Assembly: GCA_036676985.1 (NCBI GenBank)
Contig: JAKFBU010000015.1
Location: 1 to 40,431, forward strand
From: Candidatus Sericytochromatia bacterium
Lineage (GTDB): Bacteria; Cyanobacteriota; Sericytochromatia; S15B-MN24; UBA4093
Reading direction: 5' to 3'
Length of the DNA: 40,431 bases
In this document: positions 20,063 to 28,491 of the stretch, one piece after another
Position numbering within the stretch: the first letter of the stretch is position 1
How the letters are laid out: every line of letters starts with the position of its first letter
Position numbers and translations under genes: made by a program
Notes under the pieces: model-generated
Told to the model about the DNA's origin: nothing
Database searches by the model: none
Seen by the model: the letters and a program-made list of their open reading frames with translations, nothing else

Positions 20063-21208
20063 CTAGGGGTTCACGTTGCCCGTCTCATCCCCGCTGTAGG
20101 CGGGCATGTTGACGGGGCTGTCGACCGTGCCCGTGTTGATCAGGGGCATGTTGACGTTGATCGAGGCCGTGCTGTGGCGGTCGGTGGTCGTCAGCGTGAC
20201 GGCCGCCGTGATGCTGCCCGACCGGGCGGTGATGACCGCGGTGCCCGGCCGGTAGGCGTAGACCATGCCGTCCTGGGTCACGAAGGCCACCGCGGGGTTG
20301 GAGCTCGACCAGGTGAGGATGGGGTACGAGAGCGTCGGCGAGGCGTCCAGCGCGAAGGCCTGGAGGTTGCTCGTGGCGTCGTACCACTCGCCCACCGCGC
20401 GGGTCACGACCATCGGCTCGATGACCATGCGGTCGACCGCATAGAAGTTGCCGACGAAGACCTCGATGCCGTCGACCTTGAGCCAGACCTTGGGACGTCC
20501 CGTGAGGCCCTGCGGCACGGTGACGAGCAGCTTGTCCTGCTCGGGGTCCTGCATCTGGTTGACGCCCGTGTAGGTGTCGGCTTTGCGGCGGCTCAGGATC
20601 TCGACGTTCGGGGACTTGACCCGGGTGCGGTTGTCCCAGCCGAACCAGACCTCGACCGTGTCGGCCGAGACGACCGGACGGTTGAAGAAGCGCACGGTGT
20701 CGAGCGTGAACTGTGAGCCGATGCCGCCCGCCGAGGCGGACATGGCGCCGTAGGTGGGCGCCTGGGCCACGAGGGTCATGGAGAGGTCCGTCTTGAGGTT
20801 CGTCTTGATGACCACATTCGAGGACGAGCCCATGGCCGTGGGGACGCTCAGGGCGGTCGGGTTGATCTCTCGGTAGGCCCGCGCCTCGAGGGTGTAGGTG
20901 CCGGCCCGCAGGCGCAGGTTGGCGACCTGCATGTCACCCTCCGAGCGCCGGAGGACCAGCGTGCCCGCCTCGCGGCCGAGGCTGTTGAAGGCCTGGACGA
21001 TGAGGGTGTTGGCGCTGAGCGGGATGGCCTGGGTCGAGCGCTCCGGCCAGCGGATGCGCACCTCGACGTTGCCGTACTCGGCGGTCTGCACGCTCATGGC
21101 GGGCGGGGTCGTGCCGCCGGAGGTCGTCTGGAACGGGACGCCCTGGCACCCTAGCGCGAGGGCTGCGAGCCCCGTCAGGGAGAGGGCCAGGAAGGATTGT
21201 GGCTTCAT
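20063..21208 (-). CDS. Lipoprotein with a C-terminal bacterial Ig-like (Big_2) domain
   Basis: Lipobox ALGC; LTWSSSNPAVAFVTQDGMVYAYRPGTAVITARSG is a typical Big_2 pattern. Confidence 0.85.
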   Translation of the reverse strand: MKPQSFLALSLTGLAALALGCQGVPFQTTSGGTTPPAMSVQTAEYGNVEVRIRWPERSTQAIPLSANTLIVQAFNSLGREAGTLVLRRSEGDMQVANLRLRAGTYTLEARAYREINPTALSVPTAMGSSSNVVIKTNLKTDLSMTLVAQAPTYGAMSASAGGIGSQFTLDTVRFFNRPVVSADTVEVWFGWDNRTRVKSPNVEILSRRKADTYTGVNQMQDPEQDKLLVTVPQGLTGRPKVWLKVDGIEVFVGNFYAVDRMVIEPMVVTRAVGEWYDATSNLQAFALDASPTLSYPILTWSSSNPAVAFVTQDGMVYAYRPGTAVITARSGSITAAVTLTTTDRHSTASINVNMPLINTGTVDSPVNMPAYSGDETGNVNP

Positions 21209-21216
21209 GGCGCCTC

Positions 21217-21747
21217 CTACTTCAGCTCGAGCGAGAGCTTGCCGTCGTTGCGCAGGACGACGGAGGTCGTCGCGACGATCGTCGGGTCACTCTTGAGGCG
21301 GGCGGTGATGAGGATGGTGCCGCTGGTCCCGGGATCCACCGACCGGATCCAGCCGGTGTGGTCGACCGCCACCAGCTCGGGGTTCGAGCTGATCCAGTCG
21401 AGGTCGGTGGCGGCGGTGCGGTTGCCGGCCTCGTCCATGAAGCTCGGCCACAGCCTGGCGGTGGTGGGATAACCCGCCACCTCGCGCTCGGAAAGCGCCG
21501 CTTCGGTCTCGGACTGGTAGCCGCCGTAGCTGTACGGGGCGTTGAGCTCGACGCTCGTGGGGTCGAGTGCGAGGCTCGCAACCTTGGGAGCGGGCGTTGG
21601 CGTCGCCTGAGACTGGACGCTCGTGGTCCCGGTGCCTGTGGTGCCGGTTCCCGAGGTGCCGAGCGGATTCTGTTGAAGCGCAGTGCAGCCTGCCACGGCC
21701 ACCAGGAGGCCAATCAGGGCCATCCGGCGCGGAATTTTGCGAATCAT
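21217..21747 (-). CDS. Lipoprotein with a single Big_2-like Ig domain
   Basis: Lipobox VAGC, Thr/Gly/Pro linker, LDWISSNPELVAVDHTGWI...GTILITAR. Confidence 0.82.
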   Translation of the reverse strand: MIRKIPRRMALIGLLVAVAGCTALQQNPLGTSGTGTTGTGTTSVQSQATPTPAPKVASLALDPTSVELNAPYSYGGYQSETEAALSEREVAGYPTTARLWPSFMDEAGNRTAATDLDWISSNPELVAVDHTGWIRSVDPGTSGTILITARLKSDPTIVATTSVVLRNDGKLSLELK

Positions 21748-22022
21748 CCGCCATCCTTTCCCCCGCGATCGGGGCGTTGGGTAGAGGAACGGGTCGAGGG
21801 ATCGTCAGCGATCGCCTGCTACGCGTAGCCCCGTCTCTGTCCTCCGGGAGTTGGCGACAGGTGGCGGAAAGAAGCAGTCAAGCGGCGCTCAAAGTAGATT
21901 AGAGGACGATTGAGTGCTAGTCAATTCATGGGGGGACGCATGAGGCAATGTTCGGGCGGCGGACGGGCGGGTATGATGGTCCAAGCGCCCCCACCGCCGA
22001 CCCGAGAGCAGGAGCCAGGTCC

Positions 22023-22241
22023 GTGCAGCCGACGCGTTCCCCGATCCGACCCAAGGTCTTCGTGCCGCTCGTCGTGATGACGGTCGCCACGATCGCCGTC
22101 CTGGCCGCCTGCACTCCCTCCGGCCTGCCGTCGCAACCCCCGGGGACCGCCGGGACGCCCGGCACCACTTCCGAGGCCACGAGCAGCACGCCGGCGGCGA
22201 CGAGCTCCGCCGGCAACGTGGTCCCCGTCATCAACTTCTGA
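22023..22241 (+). CDS. Tiny lipoprotein (72 aa): signal, lipobox, S/T/P/G linker, terminal strand GNVVPVINF
   Basis: RBS AGGAG before GTG at 22023; lipobox LAAC; stop overlaps the next start (TGATG). Confidence 0.68.
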   Translation: MQPTRSPIRPKVFVPLVVMTVATIAVLAACTPSGLPSQPPGTAGTPGTTSEATSSTPAATSSAGNVVPVINF

Positions 22242-22603
22242 TGCGGCCGGACGAGGCCTGGCGTGCGGGCCGAGCGGCCTACGAGCGCGGGGACTACTTC
22301 GAGGCCCACGAGCACTGGGAGGCCGTCTGGCGGGCGGCTTCTTCTTCCGAGCGCCGGGGCTATCAGGGCCTCATCCAGCTCGCCGCGTCCTGCTACAAGC
22401 TCCAGCACAACGAGCTTCGTCCCGCGCGAAAGCTGCTGAGCCGGGCGATCGCGGCCTTCGAGGCGACGTCGTCCTTGCCCGAGGTGGATGTGACGGCGCT
22501 GGCGTCCGCTGCCCGGGACCTCGGGCGTCGCCTGGACGACCTGGGGCCCGCTTTTGCCTTCGACCCGAGCTGGGTGCCGCGTCTTGGGCCGGAGCGGGCT
22601 TGA
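22241..22603 (+). CDS. DUF309 family protein
   Basis: GDYFEAHEHWEAVW...YQGLIQLA signature. Confidence 0.9.
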   Translation: MRPDEAWRAGRAAYERGDYFEAHEHWEAVWRAASSSERRGYQGLIQLAASCYKLQHNELRPARKLLSRAIAAFEATSSLPEVDVTALASAARDLGRRLDDLGPAFAFDPSWVPRLGPERA

Positions 22604-22655
22604 CCGACGGTGCTGGGCTCGCTACAAAGGTTCATGCGCCCCCAAGGAGGACACG

Positions 22656-22799
22656 ATGCCCCGGGACGTCCAACCCCTCGTCACGTCGGACGGCAAGCGG
22701 ATCTACGTCTGCGACCTGTGCAGCACCGTGATGCTCGATTTGCACTGCAAGCTCGTTTGCCAGTCGTGCGGCTACAAGCGGGACTGCTCGGATCCCTAA
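22656..22799 (+). CDS. Cys-rich zinc-finger microprotein (HVO_2523-like pattern)
   Basis: 47 aa; RBS AAGGAGG; CDLC...HCKLVCQSCGYKRDCSDP. Confidence 0.8.
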   Translation: MPRDVQPLVTSDGKRIYVCDLCSTVMLDLHCKLVCQSCGYKRDCSDP

Positions 22800-22800
22800 C

Positions 22801-23127
22801 ATGACCGAAGACATGGAAATCACCTGCGAGGCCCTCCAGGAGCGCCTGGCGTCCGGGCAGCCCCTGCGCCTATTGGACGTGCGCGAGGCCTGGGAGCATG
22901 CGATCGCGGCCCTGCCCGACTCGACCCACATCCCGTTGAATCAGCTGCCGGCACGGTCGCAGGACCTCGAGCCGGGTGCCGAGTGGGTGGTCTACTGCCA
23001 CCACGGCGTGCGTAGCCTCTACGCCACCTCTTTCTTGCGCCAGCAGGGGCTCGAGGGCGTCCGCAGCCTCCGGGGCGGCATCGACGCGTGGTCGCAGCGG
23101 ATCGACCCCGGACTCCCGCGCTACTAG
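22801..23127 (+). CDS. Single-domain rhodanese (sulfurtransferase)
   Basis: LLDVREAWE, YCHHGVRS active-site loop, LRGGIDAW..IDP..PRY. Confidence 0.92.
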   Translation: MTEDMEITCEALQERLASGQPLRLLDVREAWEHAIAALPDSTHIPLNQLPARSQDLEPGAEWVVYCHHGVRSLYATSFLRQQGLEGVRSLRGGIDAWSQRIDPGLPRY

Positions 23128-23230
23128 CGATCCGGACCCTCGGCCGTCGCTAGGCGCCGCCGCCGCTCCTCCTTATACTCGGACCCGACTCCACCTGAAG
23201 TCCCGCCCGTTGCGAAAGTCGAAGGTGGCC

Positions 23231-24886
23231 ATGGAAAAGGTGTCGGGAAATCTGCGCGGCCTGAAGCCCAGTGAGCTTCGCATGCTCGAGCGCCTGATGC
23301 GCCGGCGCCTGGCCCCCCGACAGCTTGCCAGCTACGAGCTCATCGACCGCACGGCCGAGCTCGCGCGCCTCCTGGGCCGGGACCTGGGTCTGCTCATCTC
23401 CCGCCGCGGGCACGTGGAGCGGGTGATCGTGGCCGACGGCCAGCTGGACCTGCCCGCCGAGATCGAACGCTACGGCGCGGCCCGCCTGTCGGGCGATCGC
23501 CTGATCGTCGTCCGCAGCAAGGGCGGCGGCATCGGCCGCGCCGAACTCGTGCTCCTGCAGCGCCATCGCCTGGATCTCCTGGCCGTGATCGAGCCGGAGC
23601 CCGCCGACATGACCCGCTCGCAGGTCTGGATGGCGACGCTCGCGCCGGTGCCGGACGCCGAGGGCCACACCTGGCGCCTGGACGAGCCGCGCAGCCTGCG
23701 CGAGGTCCTCGATCTGGTGGACGTTCCCTATCTCGTCGACGAGATCGAGCGCGAGTTCGCGCGGTATTCCCGGGCGATCGCCGTGGGTACCGGTCAGGAG
23801 CGGGCGGTCCTCATCGGCCTCCAGACCGAGGGCAAGTCCCCTCATGACGCCGAAGAGAGCCTCGAGGAGCTGTACCAGCTCGCCCTCACGGCGGGAGCGG
23901 AGGTGCTCGCGCGGGTCATGCAGCGCCGCAGCCGCCCGGACCCCGCCACCATGATCGGCCGGGGCAAGGCCGAGGAGGTGGCGCTGCTCTGCCAGGAGCA
24001 GGGGGCGACGACGGTCCTCCTCGACGCGGAGCTCTCGCCGAGCCAGCAGACGAATCTGGAGGCGATCATCGGGGTCAAGGTCGTCGACCGCACGGGCCTC
24101 ATCCTGGACATCTTCGCCCAGCGGGCGCGATCGCGCGAGGGCAAGATCCAGGTGGAGCTGGCCCAGCTGCAGTACCTGTTGCCTCGCCTGACGGGCATGG
24201 GCCAGGTCCTTTCGCGACTGGGCGGCGGCATCGGTACCCGCGGGCCCGGTGAGACGAAGCTCGAGACGGATCGCCGGCGCATCCGTCGGCGCATCACGCA
24301 GCTGGAGCGCGAGGTCAAGGAGCTGCAGCGCCACCGGGCGGGCCTGCGGCGGGGGCGATCGCAGTTGCCGCTCTTCGCGCTGGTGGGCTACACCAACGCC
24401 GGCAAGTCCACGCTCTTGAACGCCCTGACCCGCTCGTCGGTGCTCGCGGAGGACAAGCTCTTCGCCACGCTCGACCCCACCACGCGCCGGCTCGTGCTTC
24501 ACAACCAGGACGTGGTGCTCCTGACGGACACCGTCGGCTTCATCCAGCACCTGCCGCACACGCTGGTGGCCGCCTTCCGGGCGACGCTGGAAGAGGTGGT
24601 CGAGGCGGACGCCCTCATCCACGTGGTCGACGGCAGCCATCCGAACGTGGAGCGGCAGGTCCAGACGGTGCTCGAGGTGCTGGACGAGCTGGGGGCGCAC
24701 GGCAAGCCGATGATCACGGCCATCAACAAGCGCGACCTCATCGACGGCCCGCGCCTCATCCGCGCCCTGCCCGTCGAGCCCTCGCGGCCGGTGCTCGTCT
24801 CGGCCCTCCATCGCACGGGGCTCGACACGTTGCTCCAGGAGATCGAGAGTCTCGCCGGGAAGCTGCAGCCGCATCCCGCGCGATAG
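23231..24886 (+). CDS. hflX: Ribosome-splitting GTPase HflX, long N-terminal form
   Basis: ILDIFAQRA.S.EGKIQVELAQL, GTRGPGETKLE.DRR, G1 GYTNAGKS, LFATLDPTTR, DTVGF, NKRD. Confidence 0.96.
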   Translation: MEKVSGNLRGLKPSELRMLERLMRRRLAPRQLASYELIDRTAELARLLGRDLGLLISRRGHVERVIVADGQLDLPAEIERYGAARLSGDRLIVVRSKGGGIGRAELVLLQRHRLDLLAVIEPEPADMTRSQVWMATLAPVPDAEGHTWRLDEPRSLREVLDLVDVPYLVDEIEREFARYSRAIAVGTGQERAVLIGLQTEGKSPHDAEESLEELYQLALTAGAEVLARVMQRRSRPDPATMIGRGKAEEVALLCQEQGATTVLLDAELSPSQQTNLEAIIGVKVVDRTGLILDIFAQRARSREGKIQVELAQLQYLLPRLTGMGQVLSRLGGGIGTRGPGETKLETDRRRIRRRITQLEREVKELQRHRAGLRRGRSQLPLFALVGYTNAGKSTLLNALTRSSVLAEDKLFATLDPTTRRLVLHNQDVVLLTDTVGFIQHLPHTLVAAFRATLEEVVEADALIHVVDGSHPNVERQVQTVLEVLDELGAHGKPMITAINKRDLIDGPRLIRALPVEPSRPVLVSALHRTGLDTLLQEIESLAGKLQPHPAR

Positions 24887-24959
24887 GCCTCGTCTCTTTC
24901 TTGTGATGCCGTCGAGGGGCTCCTATGCTGGGGGCGCGACCCGAGACAGGAGGCTAGCG

Positions 24960-25385
24960 ATGGCAGAACGTGAATTTCGCTCCGAGCTCCCCGCCACGAT
25001 GACGCGCCCGACCGCAACGGCGGTGGTCCATTCCCTCGACGAGCCCACCAAGACCAAAAAGCCGCCGCATGGCGTCATCGAACTGGTGGACGTGGGGGAC
25101 ACGACCATCGGCCGGACGCGCTTCGAGCCGGGCTGGAAGTGGTCGACCGACGTGAAGCCCCAGGCGGGCGGCGACAGCTGCCAGCTCCTGCACCGGATCT
25201 TCATGGTGTCGGGGTGCCTGCACATCAAGATGGAGGACGGGCAGGAGTTCGACCTGGGGCCCGGCGAGGCCGCCTACATCCCCCCGGGTCACGACGCGTG
25301 GGTCGTGGGGGACGAGGCCGTGGTCAACGTCAGCTTCTCGCACGCGGGGCAGGGGGACACGGGGGAGGACAAGAGCAAGGATTGA
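24960..25385 (+). CDS. Cupin domain protein
   Basis: FEPGWKWS.DVKP..G.DSCQ..H and IPPGHDAWVVGDE motifs; RBS AGGAGG. Confidence 0.88.
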   Translation: MAEREFRSELPATMTRPTATAVVHSLDEPTKTKKPPHGVIELVDVGDTTIGRTRFEPGWKWSTDVKPQAGGDSCQLLHRIFMVSGCLHIKMEDGQEFDLGPGEAAYIPPGHDAWVVGDEAVVNVSFSHAGQGDTGEDKSKD

Positions 25386-25472
25386 GGCAACGCGTGCCCT
25401 CGGTCCCTCTTGCCAGAGGGCCGAGGGCTTGGGTATGGTGATCGAGCTGCATACGAAGGAGATCACCCGCTC

Positions 25473-25871
25473 ATGGCCACGTTCCTGCTCAAGACCGAAC
25501 CCGAGACCTACAGCTTCGACGACCTCGAGCGCGAGACGCGCACCGGCTGGGACGGCGTGCGCAATGCCCTCGCCCAGCGCCACCTCAAGACGATCGCCCC
25601 GGACGACGAGCTCTTCATCTATCACTCGGGCAAGGAGCGCCAGGTCGTGGGCATCGGCAAGGCCCTGACCGGTCCGGTCCCCGATCCCACCGACGATGCC
25701 GGCAAGTCCAGCAAGGTGGACGTCGGCTTCGGCCGCCGCCTCAAGCGCCCCGTCACGCTCGCGCAGTTCAAGGCCGCCGGCTGGGACCAGTTCGACCTGG
25801 TCCGCATGAGCCGGCTGTCCGTCATGCCCGTGCCGGACGACGTCCGGGCCTGGATCCTGGACCAGGAGTAA
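25473..25871 (+). CDS. EVE domain protein
   Basis: LLKTEPETYSFDDL, WDGVRN..A, FIYHSG, LVRMSRLSVMPV. Confidence 0.93.
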   Translation: MATFLLKTEPETYSFDDLERETRTGWDGVRNALAQRHLKTIAPDDELFIYHSGKERQVVGIGKALTGPVPDPTDDAGKSSKVDVGFGRRLKRPVTLAQFKAAGWDQFDLVRMSRLSVMPVPDDVRAWILDQE

Positions 25872-25878
25872 GCCGGCC

Positions 25879-26286
25879 CTAGCCCTTGAGCTTTTCGGGC
25901 GATACCTGCTGCTCCATGGCGCCCGTGGTGATCAGGATGGCCGTGAAGACCCCCACCATGTGGCGGTGCAACAGGATCGGGAGGATGACCGCGCCGGGCA
26001 TCAGGACCCAGAGCGTCTGCTCGATGTCCCACTTGAGGGGCCAGACGAGGATGACGAACAGGATCCCCAGGAGCGCGACGCTCACGACGTAGCCGATGTA
26101 GGCGCCGCCCGTGAACTCGCCCTCCTTGAGCTTGAAGACCTGGCCGCAAACATCGCAATACTCGCGAGGCTTGAAGAGGCCGTCGCTGATCTTGCCCTTG
26201 CCGCACCGCGGACACCGCAGGGTGAGGCCTCGGAGGACGGCCGTGACGTAGGGCGGACGCGGAGGTAGTGAAGACGCGGTGTTCAT
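25879..26286 (-). CDS. DUF983-like membrane protein with a Zn ribbon
   Basis: RGL.LRCPRCGKG...CDVCG followed by two transmembrane segments. Confidence 0.8.
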   Translation of the reverse strand: MNTASSLPPRPPYVTAVLRGLTLRCPRCGKGKISDGLFKPREYCDVCGQVFKLKEGEFTGGAYIGYVVSVALLGILFVILVWPLKWDIEQTLWVLMPGAVILPILLHRHMVGVFTAILITTGAMEQQVSPEKLKG

Positions 26287-26374
26287 GGGCAGCAGACCTT
26301 TCTAGAAGACAGGAAGATTAGTATCTTCTAATGTCGCCAGGGCGGCATCGGGCCGGACTACTGATCTTGGGGCC

Positions 26375-26644
26375 TTATTTCGTCTCGACGATGTAGGACA
26401 TGTTGGTCTGGACGTACTTGCCTTCGGAGTAGAAGTAGATGTAGTCGCCGTCCGCTTCGGCGCGCGTGACCTTGGAGCGGCCGATGTCGTAGGTCCGGAC
26501 GGCCTTTCCGTCCAGGCTGTAGAGCGTCACGGTCTTGGCCGAGGAGTCCCACGACCGCTGGAACTGGTTGAAGAACTCCGAGATGCGGGCGCAGCCCGTC
26601 ATGGTGGCAAGCAGCGTGGCGACGACGAACACACGAAGCAACAT
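26375..26644 (-). CDS. Small hypothetical lipoprotein (possibly DUF5052-like)
   Basis: Lipobox MTGC; amphipathic helix then TVTLYSLDGK.V.TY beta-rich domain. Family assignment is tentative. Confidence 0.7.
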   Translation of the reverse strand: MLLRVFVVATLLATMTGCARISEFFNQFQRSWDSSAKTVTLYSLDGKAVRTYDIGRSKVTRAEADGDYIYFYSEGKYVQTNMSYIVETK

Positions 26645-26735
26645 GGGAAAGGTCCTTTCTACGAGCGCCTTGCGGGTAAACAGGCTACCACGAATAGCCC
26701 GCGTCTGCTGACTCGCGGGCGGTTGGCCACTCCGG

Positions 26736-26741
26736 TAGAAT
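26736..26741 (+). promoter_or_regulatory. Putative -10 element of a leaderless transcript
   Basis: TAGAAT ends 6 nt before the GTG at 26748; no canonical AGGAGG. Confidence 0.45.
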
Positions 26742-26747
26742 GGGGGC

Positions 26748-28484
26748 GTGGCCTACGAAGAGCTTCTGACGGCCGACGACCTCGAGCGCGCGGCCACAGC
26801 CCTGGCCCAAACCGAGGCCATCGGCGTCGACACCGAAACCACGGGGCTGGATCCCTGGCGCGATCGCCTCCGCCTGATCCAGCTCGCGACCCCCGAGACC
26901 GTCTACCTGATCGATGCCGACCGCTGGGCGGACCTCGGCCCGATCAAGGACGTGCTCGAGGCCGCGCGCCCCTTCAAGGTCCTGCACCACGCCAAGTTCG
27001 ACGCCAAGTTCCTCGCGCGTCGCTACGGCGTGACCCTGGGCGGCGTGGTGGACACGCTCGTCGCGAGCCAGCTCCTGGGCGCCTCGGACGGCGCGGGTCA
27101 CGGCCTGGCTGCCGTCGCCGCCCGCTACCTCGACGTGGAGCTGGACAAGTCCTTCCAGCGGGCCGACTGGCGGGGGCCCCTGTCCGAGGGCCACAAGCGC
27201 TACGCCGCGAAGGACGCCGAGATCCTCCTGCCCCTGCGGCGGGTCATGCGCGAAGCGCTCCTCAACGAGCGACTCGTGAGGGTCGCCGCCCTGGAGTTCC
27301 CGGTGGCGCCCGTCCTCGGGTACATCGAGCTCGCCGGCATGCGGCTGGACCCGGACCTGTGGCGCCAGGTCGCGGCCGAGCGAAGCGCCGAGCACGAGCG
27401 CCTCGCCTCCGAGTTGCAACAGGAGCTCGGGGCGGCCAATCCCCAGTTGACGCTCTTTCCCGGGGTCGGCAGCCTCAACCTCAACTCCGTGCCCCAGGTC
27501 ATGCGGGCCCTCGCCCACATGGGCCTCGAGGTCCCGGACACGGACGATCTCACGCTGGGGCCCCTGGCCTCCACCCATCCGGTCATCGCGAAGCTGCTCG
27601 AGTACCGCCATGCCGCCAAGGCCCTGAGCAGTTACGGGGAGCAGTTCCTCGGCTACATCCGCCCGGAGACGGGCCGCATCCACGCCGATTTCCACCAACT
27701 GGGCGCCGATACGGGCCGCATGGCCGCAAGCAACCCCAACCTCCAGCAGATTCCGAATCAGGAGCGCTACCGAGCCTGCTTCGTGCCAGACCCTGGCAAC
27801 GTGCTCGTCATCGCCGACTACTCCCAGATCGAGCTGCGCATCCTCGCCGAGGTCTCCTCGGACCCGAACCTCCTGCACGCCTTCGAGACGGGCGTCGATC
27901 TGCACCGGCTCACGGCGTCGCGCATGTTCGGCGTGCCCCTCGAGTCGGTGGACAAGGAGCAGCGCCAGCGGGCCAAGGCCCTGAACTTCGGCATGGTCTA
28001 CGGCATGGGGCCGACGGGCCTGGCCGTCCGGATCCAGTCGACGCTGGAGGAGGCCCGCGAGCTCATCGATCGGTACTTCGAGAGCTACCCGGGCGTGCGC
28101 CGTTGGCTGGCCCAGGCCGCGCGTCAGGCCGTCGAGACCGGCGAGTGCTGGACCCTCGGCGGGCGCCGCATCCGCTTCGGGCGGCCGGACCCCGAGAATC
28201 GGCGTGCCGTCTCGGGCATCGAGCGCGTCGGCAAGAACGCCCCCCTGCAGGGCACGAGCGCGGACATCACCAAGCGGGCGATCGCCATGCTCCACACCGC
28301 CCTCGCGGGCGAGGGGCGCATCGTGAACGTGGTGCACGACGAGGTGGTCGTGGAAGCGCCCCGGGAGAGCGCCTCCGGCGTCGCCGAGGTCATGCGCCGC
28401 GAGCTGGTCGCGGCGGGGATGGCCTACCTCAAGCGGGTGCCGGTGGAGGTCGAGGTCGGAACGGCCACCGCGTGGACCAAGTGA
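26748..28484 (+). CDS. Family A DNA polymerase with 3'-5' exonuclease, lacking the 5'-nuclease domain
   Basis: ExoI VDTETTGLDP, ExoII HHAKFD, ExoIII YAAKD; polymerase motifs ADYSQIELR, RQRAKALNFGMVYG, VHDE; 578 aa. Confidence 0.93.
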   Translation: MAYEELLTADDLERAATALAQTEAIGVDTETTGLDPWRDRLRLIQLATPETVYLIDADRWADLGPIKDVLEAARPFKVLHHAKFDAKFLARRYGVTLGGVVDTLVASQLLGASDGAGHGLAAVAARYLDVELDKSFQRADWRGPLSEGHKRYAAKDAEILLPLRRVMREALLNERLVRVAALEFPVAPVLGYIELAGMRLDPDLWRQVAAERSAEHERLASELQQELGAANPQLTLFPGVGSLNLNSVPQVMRALAHMGLEVPDTDDLTLGPLASTHPVIAKLLEYRHAAKALSSYGEQFLGYIRPETGRIHADFHQLGADTGRMAASNPNLQQIPNQERYRACFVPDPGNVLVIADYSQIELRILAEVSSDPNLLHAFETGVDLHRLTASRMFGVPLESVDKEQRQRAKALNFGMVYGMGPTGLAVRIQSTLEEARELIDRYFESYPGVRRWLAQAARQAVETGECWTLGGRRIRFGRPDPENRRAVSGIERVGKNAPLQGTSADITKRAIAMLHTALAGEGRIVNVVHDEVVVEAPRESASGVAEVMRRELVAAGMAYLKRVPVEVEVGTATAWTK

Positions 28485-28491
28485 GGCGCCG

